Of a stretch of 64,000 bases of DNA, positions 41,618 to 54,690 are shown in pieces. The position numbers and the translations under genes are program-made. Each line of letters opens with the position of its first letter. The stretch's first letter is position 1. The notes under the pieces were generated by a model. It had not been told where the DNA came from. It searched no databases and worked only from the letters and a program-made list of their open reading frames with translations. The DNA is from Octopus vulgaris (Eukaryota): NCBI GenBank assembly GCA_951406725.2, contig OX597823.1:114576001-114640000 (forward strand). The letters run 5' to 3'.

Positions 41618-41775
41618 AGGAAGGGCTTTTTTCAGTTTCCATCTTCCAAATCCACTCACAAGGCATTGGTTGACCCGAGACTATAATAGAAGGCACTTAC
41701 TTAAGGTGCTACGCGGGTGGACTGAACCCGGGACCATGAGGCTGGGAAGCAAACTTCTTACCACACCGCCACGCA
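41618..41775 (-). mobile_element. SINE-C 5' half
   Basis: Reverse-complement match; a probable 3' remnant lies at ~41052-41116. Confidence 0.75.
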
Positions 41776-42641
41776 AACACGCATATTTTTTCTAATCTCA
41801 CCCATTTTCCTATCTCTCCCTTCTCTCTATCTCTGTTTCTCTCTCTCTCTTTCTATCTCTCCCTCCTCTCTCTCTCTCTCTCTCTCTCCCTCTTCCTCTG
41901 AACTTGGCAGAAAATTGGTGTGACAGGAAAATGCATTGTTTACCATCTCATCGTGTCTGCGATTTCAGAGTGAGTTAACTGCTACTTTTAGCAAATATCG
42001 AACAAACGCATGATGCTTTCCTTTTGCCGTTACTCTACGTAAAGGATTCTTGACATCAGTTCTAATTTGCTGTTCCAAGTACCAGTTCGTTTTGTTATTG
42101 CTGTATTTCTTTGTTGCATTTACGTAGCACAAATTGTGTTCGATCATTGATATTGACAAAAAACCGTTCTTCTAAGTACCATACATATTTGGATACGATG
42201 TGGCTGTGTAATGTTTGGAACAGCGACCAACACGTATCTGTCTTATTAGGCCTCATCAGTAGGTTGTAATAGTAGAAAATTTTAGTAGTAGAAAAAAGAG
42301 ACGGAAATAACTCAAGTAGACTAAAGGTAAGGATATATACAACTGAGATACGGCATGACATTCTAAATGAATGAGGCAAGAAATCTCTTGATTAAAGGTG
42401 ACCTCTAAATTAGAGAACTCATAATTGTTAGATACTCTAAAAAAGAGTAAATTTTTAGAGTCCCTTAGGAAGGGAGGCAATTTCCAGAAATTTCGATTTA
42501 CTTTCACTTACATGCTTACATACAAGCCATATACCAGCTTATACATACATAAAACGTGCGTACACAAATAACCCACATACGTATTATTTATAGGTATATG
42601 ATTCCTAACACTTATACATACATGCATACCTTGATATACTC

Positions 42642-42687
<46 letters not shown>

Positions 42688-42701
42688 AGAGAGAGAGAGA
42701 G

Positions 42702-42702
<1 letters not shown>

Positions 42703-42793
<91 letters not shown>

Positions 42794-42834
42794 GGATAGA
42801 TAGACAGATAGATGGATAGATATATAGAGATAGG

Positions 42835-42874
<40 letters not shown>
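42703..42874. repeat. (TAGA)n microsatellite
   Basis: Direct reading. Confidence 0.95.
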
Positions 42875-42875
<1 letters not shown>

Positions 42876-44210
42876 GCACACACAGAAAATATGTGCGTGT
42901 ATATGCACAACTTTAAATAGATTTCTACATGCATACGGATATACATACAGACGAGTGTGCCTACACCCCATCCCCAAAATAAATACATACTAACACATTT
43001 ACACGCACATCTTCGTACACATATACATTCACACACACGCACGTGTACATATATATATACATATACATACACACACATATATATATATATATATTTACAC
43101 AGGCACACACTCATACTTTCATTTGTATATGCTATCCACATTCATACACACATGTATATATACATAAATGATGGACGTACCAATTCAATATCCGTTTACT
43201 GCATTGAATTTAATGGTTTATTACAAAGAAATATTTAATACATTATCTTCACGTTCTTTATTTTTTAACAACCATTTCCAGATGAATATTTTATTTATTT
43301 CTTCTGACAGCAAAAGAAATGCAATACTTGCCTTTTTGATTCACCAACCACACACACACCCTCACACACGTACGCGTACGCACACATACGCACGTACGCG
43401 CATACACACATACGTGCGAACGCACACGTACATACAAAACCTCACTGTTACTTAATGCATACATAGACATACGCACACACACTTTTTCTTTCACAATATC
43501 TATTACAATCTGTGTGTGGAGTGCCCTCTCTCTCCTCATTCTTACTATCTTTCCTCTTTCTTTCTCTCTCTTTCTCTTTCTCTCTCTCTCTCTCTTTCGT
43601 GCTTGAGGAAAGAGAGGGAGATTCATGAAAATAACAAACATAAAGAATTTAGATAATACCAAACAAAAAAGCGAGAAAGATTGATTTATCATTGCCAGCC
43701 AATATAGTTTGTTATAAACAATTCAGCAGAGTTTAGTAAGAAATGAAAAATCAATCAAAAAATTTGAAAATAAAAAATTAAGATTTTCTCAAGTTAAAAC
43801 AAGTGAACATTTTAAAAATTCTAAATTTACCGAAGCGTCAAAGAATTATTTAAATTTGTGAACCAAAGAAATCTGGAATAATTTTGTTGGCGTAGTAACA
43901 TTGGTGATAAAGTTTACATTTTTGATTTTGCTTTTTTGCGTGTGGTGGGGTGTCTTTTTCTTTGAGACTAAATACGGAAACAGATACATAAGTGTAACAT
44001 CATAGAATTGCATAAACAATATGTGTAGTAGGTACTGTTAAGTTCCACAATGGTACGACAATAGCAATAACTACATCAGAATATCCAGAAGCTCTACCAG
44101 GTCTCTACATTTCTGAAGTGATACAACAACGTTTATTAACTGTATAGACCGACGATTGTATAACAAACAATATATAGAGTAAATAGTTGTATGCTGGTGT
44201 TGCTGTTGCT

Positions 44211-44580
44211 GTTGAGCGAACGGTCTTCGTCCCAGAGCTCGCAAGATGGGAGAAGTCCGAAACATGGTCCTTTGCTATTCGTAAGACCCGCAGAAGAGAA
44301 AGCAGGTCAACCCCCGACACCGAGAGCATCGACGGATGGATGAATGCGCATCGAGGCTCAGCGGTTGCGTAGGAAGTCGGGGACTACAAACAAGAAGAAA
44401 GAGTGAGAGAAAGTTGTGGCGAAAGAGCACAACAGGGGACGCCACCACCCCCTGCTGGAGCCTCGTGGAGCTTTAGGTGTTTTCGCTCAATAAACACGCA
44501 CAACGCCCGGTCTGGGAATCGAAACCGCGATCCTCCGACCGCGAGTCCGCTGCCCTAACCATTGAGCCATTGCGTCACCA
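44211..44580 (-). mobile_element. SINE family B with alternative tail (same subtype as 2780-3174)
   Basis: End-to-end similarity to 2790-3174. Confidence 0.85.
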
Positions 44581-45047
44581 CTTGCTGATGATGCTGCTGT
44601 ATTCCGTCTCCAAGTGCAACAGCAATATGTCCACTAGATACTGCAAAGTCTAATAATGGTACAATGATAACAATCACTACATCAGTGTGTGTAGAAGCTC
44701 TTCCAGATCTCTGCAGTTCCACAGTGGTACAACAAAGTTTTTAAACGTATACACCAACAACATGTAGAGCGAATGTCTGTGTGCTGACATCAACTCCAGC
44801 ATTCCGTCACCGAATACAAGAGTTGATGTCTCATCAGGTGGTGAAGCAGCTCTGTAGCTGTTTCGGCCTCTTCCACTGCCGACACCAAAGCTACTCGGAG
44901 ACATCCAAGGATCTAAGCGACAAAACTTCCATACAGCAGCAAGAGCTTTGTTGAATCAGACGCAGTGATTGTGAAAAAGACGTTTCTAACCTCTTCAGTG
45001 CTCCTTCATTCTGCATCACTTGTCCTCTCTCTTGAGCAAGATGTAAC

Positions 45048-45349
45048 GTGGAGGCACATGGCCTAGTGGTTAGAGCAGCGGACACGCGGTCGAAGGATCG
45101 CGGGTTCGAATCTCAGACCGGGTAATGTATGTGTTTATGAGCGAAACACCTAAGCTCCACGCGGCTCCGCCAGAAGGTAATGGCGAACTTCTGCTGACTC
45201 TTTTGCCACAACTTTCTCTCACTCTTTCCTCCTGCATCATGCAGCTCACCTGCGACGGACCGGCGTCCCATCCAGGTAGGGAACCTATACGCCAAGGAAA
45301 CTGGAAAACCGGCCTTTATGAGCCATGCCTGACTCGAAAAGGAACAAAC
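45048..45349 (+). mobile_element. SINE with family-B-like head and a third tail type
   Basis: ggaggcacatggcctagtggttagagcagcggac...gggttcgaatctc; tail contains cctgcgacggaccggcgtcccatccagg; TSD-like aagatgtaac / aaggtgtaac. Confidence 0.8.
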
Positions 45350-45996
45350 AAGGTGTAACAGCTTACTTTCTCAGCGACTTCCAACAAATTTTCTGACAAG
45401 GCTTTATTTCTGACTACTTCGCAGCAAATCCAAACTCATGAGAATCTATTGAACCAGGCACCAACAAATCCTGTAGCACCTATCTCTACAGGAAGCTATG
45501 TTGCCTCCCAATCATTGTTTCCAAAGAGCTAACCAACTCATGGCACGAAGCCCTCAGAAACGCTATGTCTGCCAGATATTGTACAGTTGCTCAGCGCTAC
45601 AAAATTTGAAATCTAACAACCCAGAGCAATTTCTTATAGCTGACTTCTCACTTGGTAGCCATATTGTATGTCTGTATGTCATTGGGTGTCGTTATGTATA
45701 TATGTGGACGATGCTGAGTAATATGACCGCGTATGAGAACATATACTGCAGTGCATGTGATATGTGTGTTTTGAGTGCAGAGTGCAGAGTGTAGTATGTG
45801 CGTGTGTTCTTGAGTTGCCTGTGTATATGCAGAGTAAGTGCTGTGTGTAGCGTAGGGTGTCTATGTTCTTGTGTATATGTATGCGTCTGCGCGTGTATTG
45901 ACAACAGGTTCTAATGTATTGATGTGAATAAGTATGCGTGTTATTCTGTATTCCTATGTGCGGCATTTACGTGTATGAGAATGTGAACGAGTATAA

Positions 45997-46351
45997 TCAC
46001 CTCCCTCCGACAAGTCATCCTAACGAGACGTCTGCGTTGGCTGGGTCATGCCCTCCGTCGTCAACCAGGAGAATTCATCTACGAAGCAATTGCCCCAGCT
46101 CCCCTTCAGGGTTAGCGAAAGCGATGTCGTGGGCAACGAAAAACCTGGCTGATGACAGTCAAGGCTGATCTGGGACCCAACCTAGGCCCCCATATCTACG
46201 GCGTTCGCCGCTGGAATAAGGAGTGGCTGGAGATCACGCGGTCGTTAGCCTCAAATCGCCAGGTCTGGCCGGCGGTTGTGAGAGATGCAGCATTGAGGAT
46301 GAATGAAGCCAGCTCAACCCACCCCGTGTGAATGCTGTCTCACGACAAGAT
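45997..46351 (+). mobile_element. 5'-truncated RTE-clade LINE
   Basis: Translation RRLRWLGHALRR...GQRKTW..TVKADL..NLGPHIYGVRRWNKEWL...ASNRQVW; 9-bp TSD cgagtataa at 45988-45996 and 46352-46360. Confidence 0.88.
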
Positions 46352-46837
46352 CGAGTATAAGTGTTGAGTGCTCTACGTAATATATGTGTGTGTGTCTGTG
46401 TGTGTTGGCTTATGTATTAACTTTGATGTGTAATGTGCATATGTATAAGTTGTTATATATAACTGTGTTTCTCTGTTTCATTTTCATGATGGATAACTGC
46501 CTATGATTGTGAGTGTATGTACCTTAGTGTATGAGGGAAATGTATAATATATGTGTTGGGGGTGACCTTTTAACTGAGTGTCTATGTGCCATGTGAATGT
46601 GTGTGTGTGTTTATTTTTGTGTATAAATATTTGTGTCTGTTTGAGGGCGTATAAATGTGTGTGTATGTGGGACCGTAAGTTCCTAAGTGTGTATGTATTA
46701 ACGGCTGTATGTTGTACATTATTTTTATCATATCTACGGGAATCTAGAGTTTTCTTACAAAATCAATATTTATCATATCGATTTGACGTGTATTTATATG
46801 TTTAATATTTTTTACTGCTTTATTTTATCATATATTA

Positions 46838-46872
<35 letters not shown>

Positions 46873-47034
46873 AAAGTTGGCTTGTGAAAGCACGTGGGTG
46901 AATATATAGAAAATAGTAAAGAGTGAAAAAACTACAGAAGGCTTAAATGTTAAAAATATATCTATATTTGCGTCAATATGTCTGAAGAATATTAGAAAAT
47001 TTTTTTTTTCTCTTATAATGACATAATTTAAAAG

Positions 47035-47067
47035 AAAGACCGATTTCGAGTGTAGCTTTTCAAATTT
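47035..47067 (-). ncRNA. Decayed hammerhead remnant in the PLE 3' region
   Basis: AAAU-UUGAAAA-GCUACACUC-GAAA-UCGG-UC-UUU; the core is mutated, but the position matches that expected for PLE hammerheads. Confidence 0.35.
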
Positions 47068-47179
47068 CTTGCGACGTTATGTTTATGTTGAATAGAGTTT
47101 TCGTTATGTTTATGTTCAGGAGAGTTCTAAATAAGGGAAGGTAGTGAGTGATTTCTTCCGGTGTAAGGGAGATAATCGC

Positions 47180-48220
47180 TTAAAAATTTTTTCCTTTCCC
47201 TTGGTGTGAATTTCTCTGTATCAGTATGTTCGGATGGTTGAGTCTAGGCTTGTACTTTTCAATGAAGAATGTTTCCTTGTTTAGTCTAATTTGTGTTGAT
47301 GATCCGAAAGCACATTGGTAAAATGGAAAGATTAAAAATTGTGGTAGTAGTTGCTTTGCGCATTTCTCAATGTGCTCACTAAAAGGTATCATTCTATATT
47401 CTGGGAATGCAATCTGTTGTCGATGCAGTGTGCATCTACGTCTGAGTGATAGTCCCGTGGAACCCACGTAGTCTTGGTGGCAGCCCGAGCATTTTATGAC
47501 ATAAATTATGTTTTCAGAGGCACAAGTAAAGTTAGATTTGATCTTGAATTTCTGTCCCTCTTTAAAGAGGAATTCTGATCCTTCTAGCAGGTTAGGACAT
47601 GTTGCACAGTTCGATCTACCACATTTTTTTACTTTTGCATCCGTAATTTCAGAAGACAATTTTGCCTTTGTGAGAATCTTTTTGAGTGATTTAGGCTGTT
47701 TGTAGCTTTTAATGATTTGGTGTATGTTTAGAATTTCCTTTAATTTGGGGTCTTTATGAAGTATTGGTAAATTCTGGGTGATGATGGTGAAGGCTTCTTT
47801 GTTTCTGGGGTTGTATGTAGATATGTGAGGTAGTATTTTCGGGGAAGGTGTGTTGTTGTGTTGAACTTTTCTTAAAGTTTCCATGTTGATTTCTGTTGCA
47901 CGTCTGATCCCATCCTTTATGAGTTGAGCTGAGTAATGTCTGTCAATTAGGGTGTTTTTGAGTTCTTGCAGTCTAAAGTTCTTGGTATTTTGTTCTGACA
48001 CTATTGTGCATATCCTTCTTGCAAGGTTGAAGGGGATGTTTGTTTTAGTGTGTCTTGGGTGGCATGAATTAAAAAGAAGGTATTGTTTGGCGTCTGTGGC
48101 TTTGTAAAAAATGTCTGTTTCTATTTTAAGGCTAATTTTTTTAATTAGTATATCCAAGAACGGGAGCTCCTTTTGGTTGTATTCCATTGTGAACTGTATA
48201 TTTGGGTTTATGCTGTTCAA
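47180..48220 (-). CDS. PLE polyprotein fragment: RT C-terminus, Cys-rich linker, GIY-YIG endonuclease
   Basis: 346 aa without stops; IQFTME, LPFLDILI, YLLFNSCHP, CGRSNCATC, NIIYVIKCSGC..YVGSTG..RRR..HR, E..FI. Confidence 0.92.
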   Translation of the reverse strand: MNSINPNIQFTMEYNQKELPFLDILIKKISLKIETDIFYKATDAKQYLLFNSCHPRHTKTNIPFNLARRICTIVSEQNTKNFRLQELKNTLIDRHYSAQLIKDGIRRATEINMETLRKVQHNNTPSPKILPHISTYNPRNKEAFTIITQNLPILHKDPKLKEILNIHQIIKSYKQPKSLKKILTKAKLSSEITDAKVKKCGRSNCATCPNLLEGSEFLFKEGQKFKIKSNFTCASENIIYVIKCSGCHQDYVGSTGLSLRRRCTLHRQQIAFPEYRMIPFSEHIEKCAKQLLPQFLIFPFYQCAFGSSTQIRLNKETFFIEKYKPRLNHPNILIQRNSHQGKGKNF

Positions 48221-48349
48221 TAGGTTTTTAAATTTTAGGAGAGAAAAAAATGTGTGTAGTGGCTAAGAAATATATATATATATATATGAATACAGACGTA
48301 TGTATGCCATATATATATACACGCACATACATTCATGTATGTATGTATG

Positions 48350-48386
<37 letters not shown>

Positions 48387-48945
48387 ATTAGATACATAAA
48401 TGCATCGTGTATATCTGAGCGCATGCATGCTGGTATAAGCGTTTATGTAAATGTGTGTGCGTTTGTGTGTTTGTGTATCTGTGGAGACAGAGAGAATCGG
48501 AGAGAGAGAGAGAGAGAGAAAGATGAAACTCCATATCGAAATAATACTACGCATCTTGTTTATGTACAATGACTCGAATGTACGGAGGTTAATCTTGAGA
48601 ATGGCAGAAAGGCAGTAAACGGAAAAACATTGTCTGCTGTATGAGGTCGGGTGTACACACAAACAATCCGCACACACAGGCATATATACGAAAGGAATGT
48701 AGCATATGTAAGAATTGCTAGCAACTCAGACACTCAATACCGGTTTGCCATGCTTTCATTATGCAATGCAATGAACTCTCACTTTTCTTAGTACGAAAGT
48801 TGGCCATTTGTCTTTCGGTATGGCGTGATGATTATATTATGTAATTCGAATATAATGTACAAAACAGTCTTTTGCTCAAGAACAAAATGTTGATTCTATA
48901 TGTCTCTCTCCCTCTTTCTCTCTTTCTCTCTCTCTTTATATCATT

Positions 48946-49054
<109 letters not shown>

Positions 49055-49124
49055 TGTATGCCTGTATATATATATATCTGCATACACACATACTAAGGTG
49101 AAAACAAGGTTTTCTGGTAAAAAC

Positions 49125-49246
49125 AAAAACATTTTTCTCTGCGATCGCGTCGTTTTGAGTTCAATCCGTCTAAGAGGCCCTTACATCAATTGTCATTGAC
49201 TAACGCCTTGCGAGTGAATTTAGTAGACAGAAACCCCACCTTGTGT

Positions 49247-49283
<37 letters not shown>

Positions 49284-49490
49284 CGTGCGTGTGCGTGCGT
49301 GTGCGTGCGTTTGTGTATGTGTGTGAGTGTGTGTGTATGTGTGTGTGGTGGGGAGAAGCAGAGAAGCTGACATCGGCTTGTCTGCTTCTCCCCAACAAGC
49401 GAATTGGTAAAAAGGACCGTTTAAATAAGTATTAGTCTGTAAGAAAATAGTCCCCAGCATGTTAGCACCGCAATCACGGAAACAAGTTAA
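49125..49490 (+). mobile_element. Degenerate SINE-C with internal (TG)n
   Basis: gccttgcgagtgaatttagtagacagaaac, microsatellite, then ccccagcatg...gaaacaagttaaag. Confidence 0.6.
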
Positions 49491-49516
49491 AGATACATAC
49501 ACACACACACACACAC

Positions 49517-49581
<65 letters not shown>

Positions 49582-49664
49582 CATGCATGCATATATACAT
49601 ACATACACACATACGAATATACACCATGCATACATACATAAACACATACATGCGCGCATGAAGG

Positions 49665-49754
<90 letters not shown>

Positions 49755-50439
49755 ACTAAATACTTTGTTTGTCGGTCAATAAAGCAACGAGTGGTTTCAG
49801 GCGAAGATGTCTGTACAATTGTTTATGCACACTACATGAAGGTGTTGGTACCCGTCTCCCTTTTAGCTGAGAATGTACGAAGCAACACGAGACTGAACGG
49901 GGATTCCGATATAAATGCACAAATCACGGGAGGTAACTTATAGGAATATTTTGTGTAAACGCTCGAGCCCTCCCTTATCTATAGATATAAGTGTGTGAAT
50001 GTTCACAAACCTACATATACACATAAAAATTATAAATACAAACGCACATACATACACACACAAACGCGCACTCACATGCATATATGCACGCACCTGCGAC
50101 GTGCGTTTTCTTCTTATTTAAGTTTGTACATACGCCTGTTTATGAGATTCCTCAGAATTTTTTATGCACCAAATTTGGTCACGGTGTCTTAAGTTAATAA
50201 GTTCATGTAAATATGTTTTTCCTGTGAATCGTGTGATGTCATGAATATATGTTACGCATATAAATCTCTGTACGTAAGGAATCCAACATGGGAGTAAATG
50301 TTTATAATGTATAATGTGCAAATAAATCAAAATCTGCATATTATCGATATCCATACACTTACACGGAGTGGAGGATGGCAGAGTAGGTGGGGTTCATTCT
50401 TGAAATTTTGAAGTATGATTTGTTTCTTATGCATGCAAG

Positions 50440-51150
50440 GGGGTTTTTCTCCCTATTATCTTGAAAGTTCATCGTTGTTTATATTATAATATTCCTTTAT
50501 TCCGTTATACAGAGGTTGCATTTCCTGGCCAGCTCCCTGCATTTGCGGTCCTTATCTATGATGCCCGACTTTATATGAGTTTGTTTATGTTCCTCTCCCT
50601 AAGTTTCCATACCATATTGGATAAAGATGTTGCACATCACTTCTTTTTGCCTCGGAACGAAGCCACGTTCTGCGTATCTCTCTCCTTGAAAGTATTTCTC
50701 GTTATTTTACAGTAAGTTTTCTTGTTCCGTTCAAGTTCGTGAGGCTGACCTTGTACAGTAGTTCTTTTTCCAGAAAGCTATCGTTCAAGAGACAGTTACT
50801 CGTGAATCTACAAATATATTTGGTGTTCCTAATATTCTTATTCGTATTGCCATTGAAAATCATCGATTTCATGTTAGAGAGGTAATTGTAACTAATTGTA
50901 ATTCTATTGAATATCTTGTATTTCTGTGAATGGGAGGAGTGGGTGTCAATGAATTTCAGAAATTATCCAGCTATATTCGTAGCTACACTTGCTCTATGGA
51001 GAATTTCTCCTTATTATTTTCCTCTGTTTACGTATTTTTAACCTATCTACGCTTGTTTCAATATAGGTTATACTATTCTTAAAATCGGATCTTTCTAATG
51101 CGATGTTCTAATAGGATATTTCTAACGGGGCCACTCTTTCTTAGTGCAAA
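50440..51150 (-). pseudogene. Decayed Penelope-like element of a second lineage (linker + GIY-YIG region)
   Basis: Minus translation SVATNIAG*FLKFIDTH..KIFNRITISY..LSNMKSMI; CRFTSNCLL; NTFKER...SFR...ATSLS..VWKL; RKCNLCITE, collinear with PLE C-termini. Confidence 0.75.
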
Positions 51151-51230
51151 CGGATAGGTTGCAAATATGACTACTAATTATTTGATTATTGACGTTGGGT
51201 AGTTACAACCTACGTCAATGTGGGAGGCGA

Positions 51231-51290
<60 letters not shown>

Positions 51291-52323
51291 GCAGAGGGAG
51301 ATACATACATACATGCGCGTATGCATACATATACATATGTATTTGTTTTTTCTATCAGTATTAGAAGACGTGGTAGCACAGCAGCTCGTTCGATGGATTA
51401 CTGGATTACATTGTCCGTTATTGCTTTAAAGGTAGTTTTCAATTTTAGTGTCTGTTTATTACTTGGTTTAAATACATTTTCTGTTTCAGAAGCTGGATTA
51501 GATTAAGGAGTCTAATTTCTCTTAGACTAAATACAACAGCTATTTTCTTTTTTTTTGTTGTTGCTGTTTTTGCTATTGTGCATATTATTGTATTGGAATT
51601 ATTATTAAGTTGGCTATTGTTGTTGTATATTTAGTGTTTGTATTGGGGTTTGAAGGGTTTTCTTCGAAGGTGCTTATTGTTCTATATTTTTGTTGCATTT
51701 GCTGTTGTTATTATTATTATTATTGTGAATTTTACTGTTGGCGGCGTTTGTTATTATTGGTAAACATATCCCATCAATCATTGCCTCTTGGAATGGGAAT
51801 GGTTTTGTTTGGTATCAGGTTCATGCTATTGCTTTGTTTTCTTTATATAATTTATGACTTTTTAATTTTCCTTCTATGTTTTTTAAAACCATCTTTGTTT
51901 TTTCTTTCATATTTTAAATTACTCTTTATTTCATTTAGATCCATATATAATCAAATGTTGTACAGCAATGAAAATATATGTCTCATACGGACATACATAC
52001 TCATCTATATGTGTGGGTCTATGTATGTATAGGAACAAAACATACGTGCATACATAAAACTTACTTGGAAAAGGAAGCGTGGCGTTCGATCATATAATAA
52101 TATAAATAATATATAAATATATGCACATATACATACATATATGGATACAGGAAATCAAAAAAAAAACGTTGAACACAATGAGAAACGAAAACATTAAAAC
52201 AAAAACATAGAAACGAACTTTGTTGCAAACAACAAAAAAATACAGAGTACAAGACATACAACACAAGGAATATTCCCCTTCTTCAGTTGTCCCTGTTTCA
52301 TCTACACCGCGTTTATGTATACA

Positions 52324-52708
52324 CTAGCAGTATCGCCCGGCGTTGCTCAGATTTGTAAGGGAAATAACTATAAAGCATTTTTAGAGAGTTATAGCCAAAA
52401 AATAGCAAAAAAATGGGAAAAAAATGATGGTAAATTTTTTTTTTGAGAGTTAAAAAGGTGGAGTTGCGTCCCCTAGACGGTCTGTGGTTTGGGTTTCTGA
52501 TTCTCGACCCCATGTCGAATTTATCGATTTTTTTCAGAACTGGGGGAACTTTTCAAAATTTTCGCTGCGTTAGTTTTGAATTATGACATTGGGCTATGTG
52601 TGTGTCAAGTTTCATCAGAATCGGTTGAAAGCCGTGGTCAGGGTGAGGGTACGAGAAAACAGACACACAGAAAACGCACAGACAAACTGCCGTTTATATA
52701 GAGAGAGA
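52324..52708 (-). mobile_element. Non-autonomous Helitron
   Basis: Minus strand: A|TC start, subterminal hairpin-like gagcaacgccggg, CTAG|T end; no TSD. Confidence 0.8.
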
Positions 52709-52839
52709 TATATATACATATACACACACATAGATATATATATATTTATTTAATCTATAAATTGAATCTATATCGTACGTTCGGAAGAGTTTATATCGTA
52801 CGTTCTACGGGTAGTGTTTGGCAACGAGTTACTCACATA

Positions 52840-53030
52840 TGAGCTGGCAGATTCGTTAGACCGTATTTGTTTCGGCTTTTCACTTTCTGAGTTCAAATGC
52901 CGCCGAGGTCAACTTTGTCTTTCATCATATCGTGGTGTCGATGAAATAAGTTGTCTGTCAAGTGCAGCCGTCGATTATATCGACAAACCCCCTTTCCCTT
53001 AAAACTATTGGCCTTGTGCTTAAATCAGAA
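52840..53030 (+). mobile_element. SINE-A1, degenerate
   Basis: Match to family A. Confidence 0.7.
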
Positions 53031-53395
53031 ACCGTTACATTTCCTATGTCGAGTGCATACAAAAGAGCCGCCTGTGCATCAGGCGGAACAATTAGCGCTA
53101 TACACTTTTCTTCGAAAGCACCGGCTTTTTGATATACTTGTTAATGTTTATATCTTGCACCATGATACTTATACTTTAAAAAAAAAATTTTTATTGTGTT
53201 TTGTGGTGTGAAATGAGCTTGAAAGAATTATTTGATCTATGCGGTATTTTGGTAAAAACAAACAGAAATCCTCACCTCCAGCCCCGCACCATCTCAAAGC
53301 ATTAAAAATCAACAACACAAGAAAAACAAAGAAAAAAATTAATGATGAGAGTCATGTTAATTAATCAGATATGGGTTGGAAATATGTGTGAGCAC

Positions 53396-53438
<43 letters not shown>

Positions 53439-53555
53439 TGTGTGTATGTTTTGGAGTATATGAATGTATATGTGGTTCTTTGTGATTTCTAAAGTGTGCA
53501 CAAGTGTTAGTTTCTGTTGCCGACGCTTTGGCATTCGGTGTGCGTGTATACATGC

Positions 53556-53621
<66 letters not shown>

Positions 53622-53966
53622 GTGTGTGTGTGTGAGAGAGAGAGCGTGTGTGACTTAGTTTTCGTGTTAAGAACTTTTGGTATATCTGTAAATCAACGCG
53701 TTTGAAAGTGTGTGTATTTGTATATGTGCATATGTGAATGTGTACATGTGTGTGTACATGTGTGTGTGTACATGTGAGTGTGTACGAGTGTGTGTATGTG
53801 TGTGTGTGTGTTTGCATGTCGGTGGTGGGTCCAACTGTGTATAGAAAATAGTGTTAAAAGCTTCCACTTGAAATATGTGTCGCCAAAGTTACTTAGTAAA
53901 TATATATTTTTTGTGTACCTGTTGTGCGCTAAGATGAAGAACGTATTCTAACATCACCACCAATAC

Positions 53967-53973
53967 CATCATC

Positions 53974-54011
<38 letters not shown>

Positions 54012-54265
54012 CATCGTCATCATCATCATCTTCATCATCATCATCATCATCATCATTATCATCGTCACCGTCATCATCATCATCGTCATCGCTTCTACTA
54101 TATTCATGATCATTATCATTATCTCAACTCTATTATTGTGTCCACTACAAATATATTATTTCATCACTGATCATCACCATCATCTGATGATTAGTATTAT
54201 AATCATCTTCATCATCGTTATCATCATCTTCATCACCGCAACTACCTCCATCATCTTCAGCATCA
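53967..54265. repeat. (CAT)n-derived low-complexity tract
   Basis: Direct reading. Confidence 0.9.
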
Positions 54266-54359
54266 TAACCATTACAATATATTATTCCTGACATTACATT
54301 AATATTACTTCTTCACTAATCTGCATCCCAAAATACCATTCCATTCTTTCACTCCTGCT

Positions 54360-54690
54360 ACAGGAACGTGTCTAGACAGTTGAAGGAATTCGGTTCCTCT
54401 TATCCAGTTGGAACAAATCGGTCACGAGACTGAAGGGACAATCTTCGATGTGATGTCCATTCAGCACCACCAGTTGTCTAGTTTGGAGAAAAACATCTGT
54501 ATTCTCAGATCTATGCTTTTCTGGAACTATACTACCATTCCATCCGTCAAGACTGAGCAAAAGATCTGAACCCTCTATTGACGTTGAATATGGCTTCGAG
54601 TCCGTGCAAATCCTCGTCTCACTGATGTCCACCACATCTATACCTAGTGACCTAAGGCTGTTGAACGAATGTAGACTAATGGCAAGCTTC
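54360..54690 (-). pseudogene. Decayed apurinic-like endonuclease of an L1/Tx1-type LINE
   Basis: Minus translation LRSLGIDVVDISETRI...RQLVVL...FSLV resembles APE motifs D...I.ET / GRLV..D / FRLV.VYAP. Confidence 0.5.

Larger units (their letters stand above)
46871..48237 (-). mobile_element. Penelope-like retroelement, 5'-truncated
   Basis: RT C-terminus + GIY-YIG ORF followed by ~300 bp of non-coding sequence with a decayed HHR, ending at (TA)n. Confidence 0.88.

Noticed and set aside
44976-45001. Minus-strand CUGAAGA-ggtta-GAAA-CG-UC
   Set aside because: Stem II is absent and stem I does not pair.
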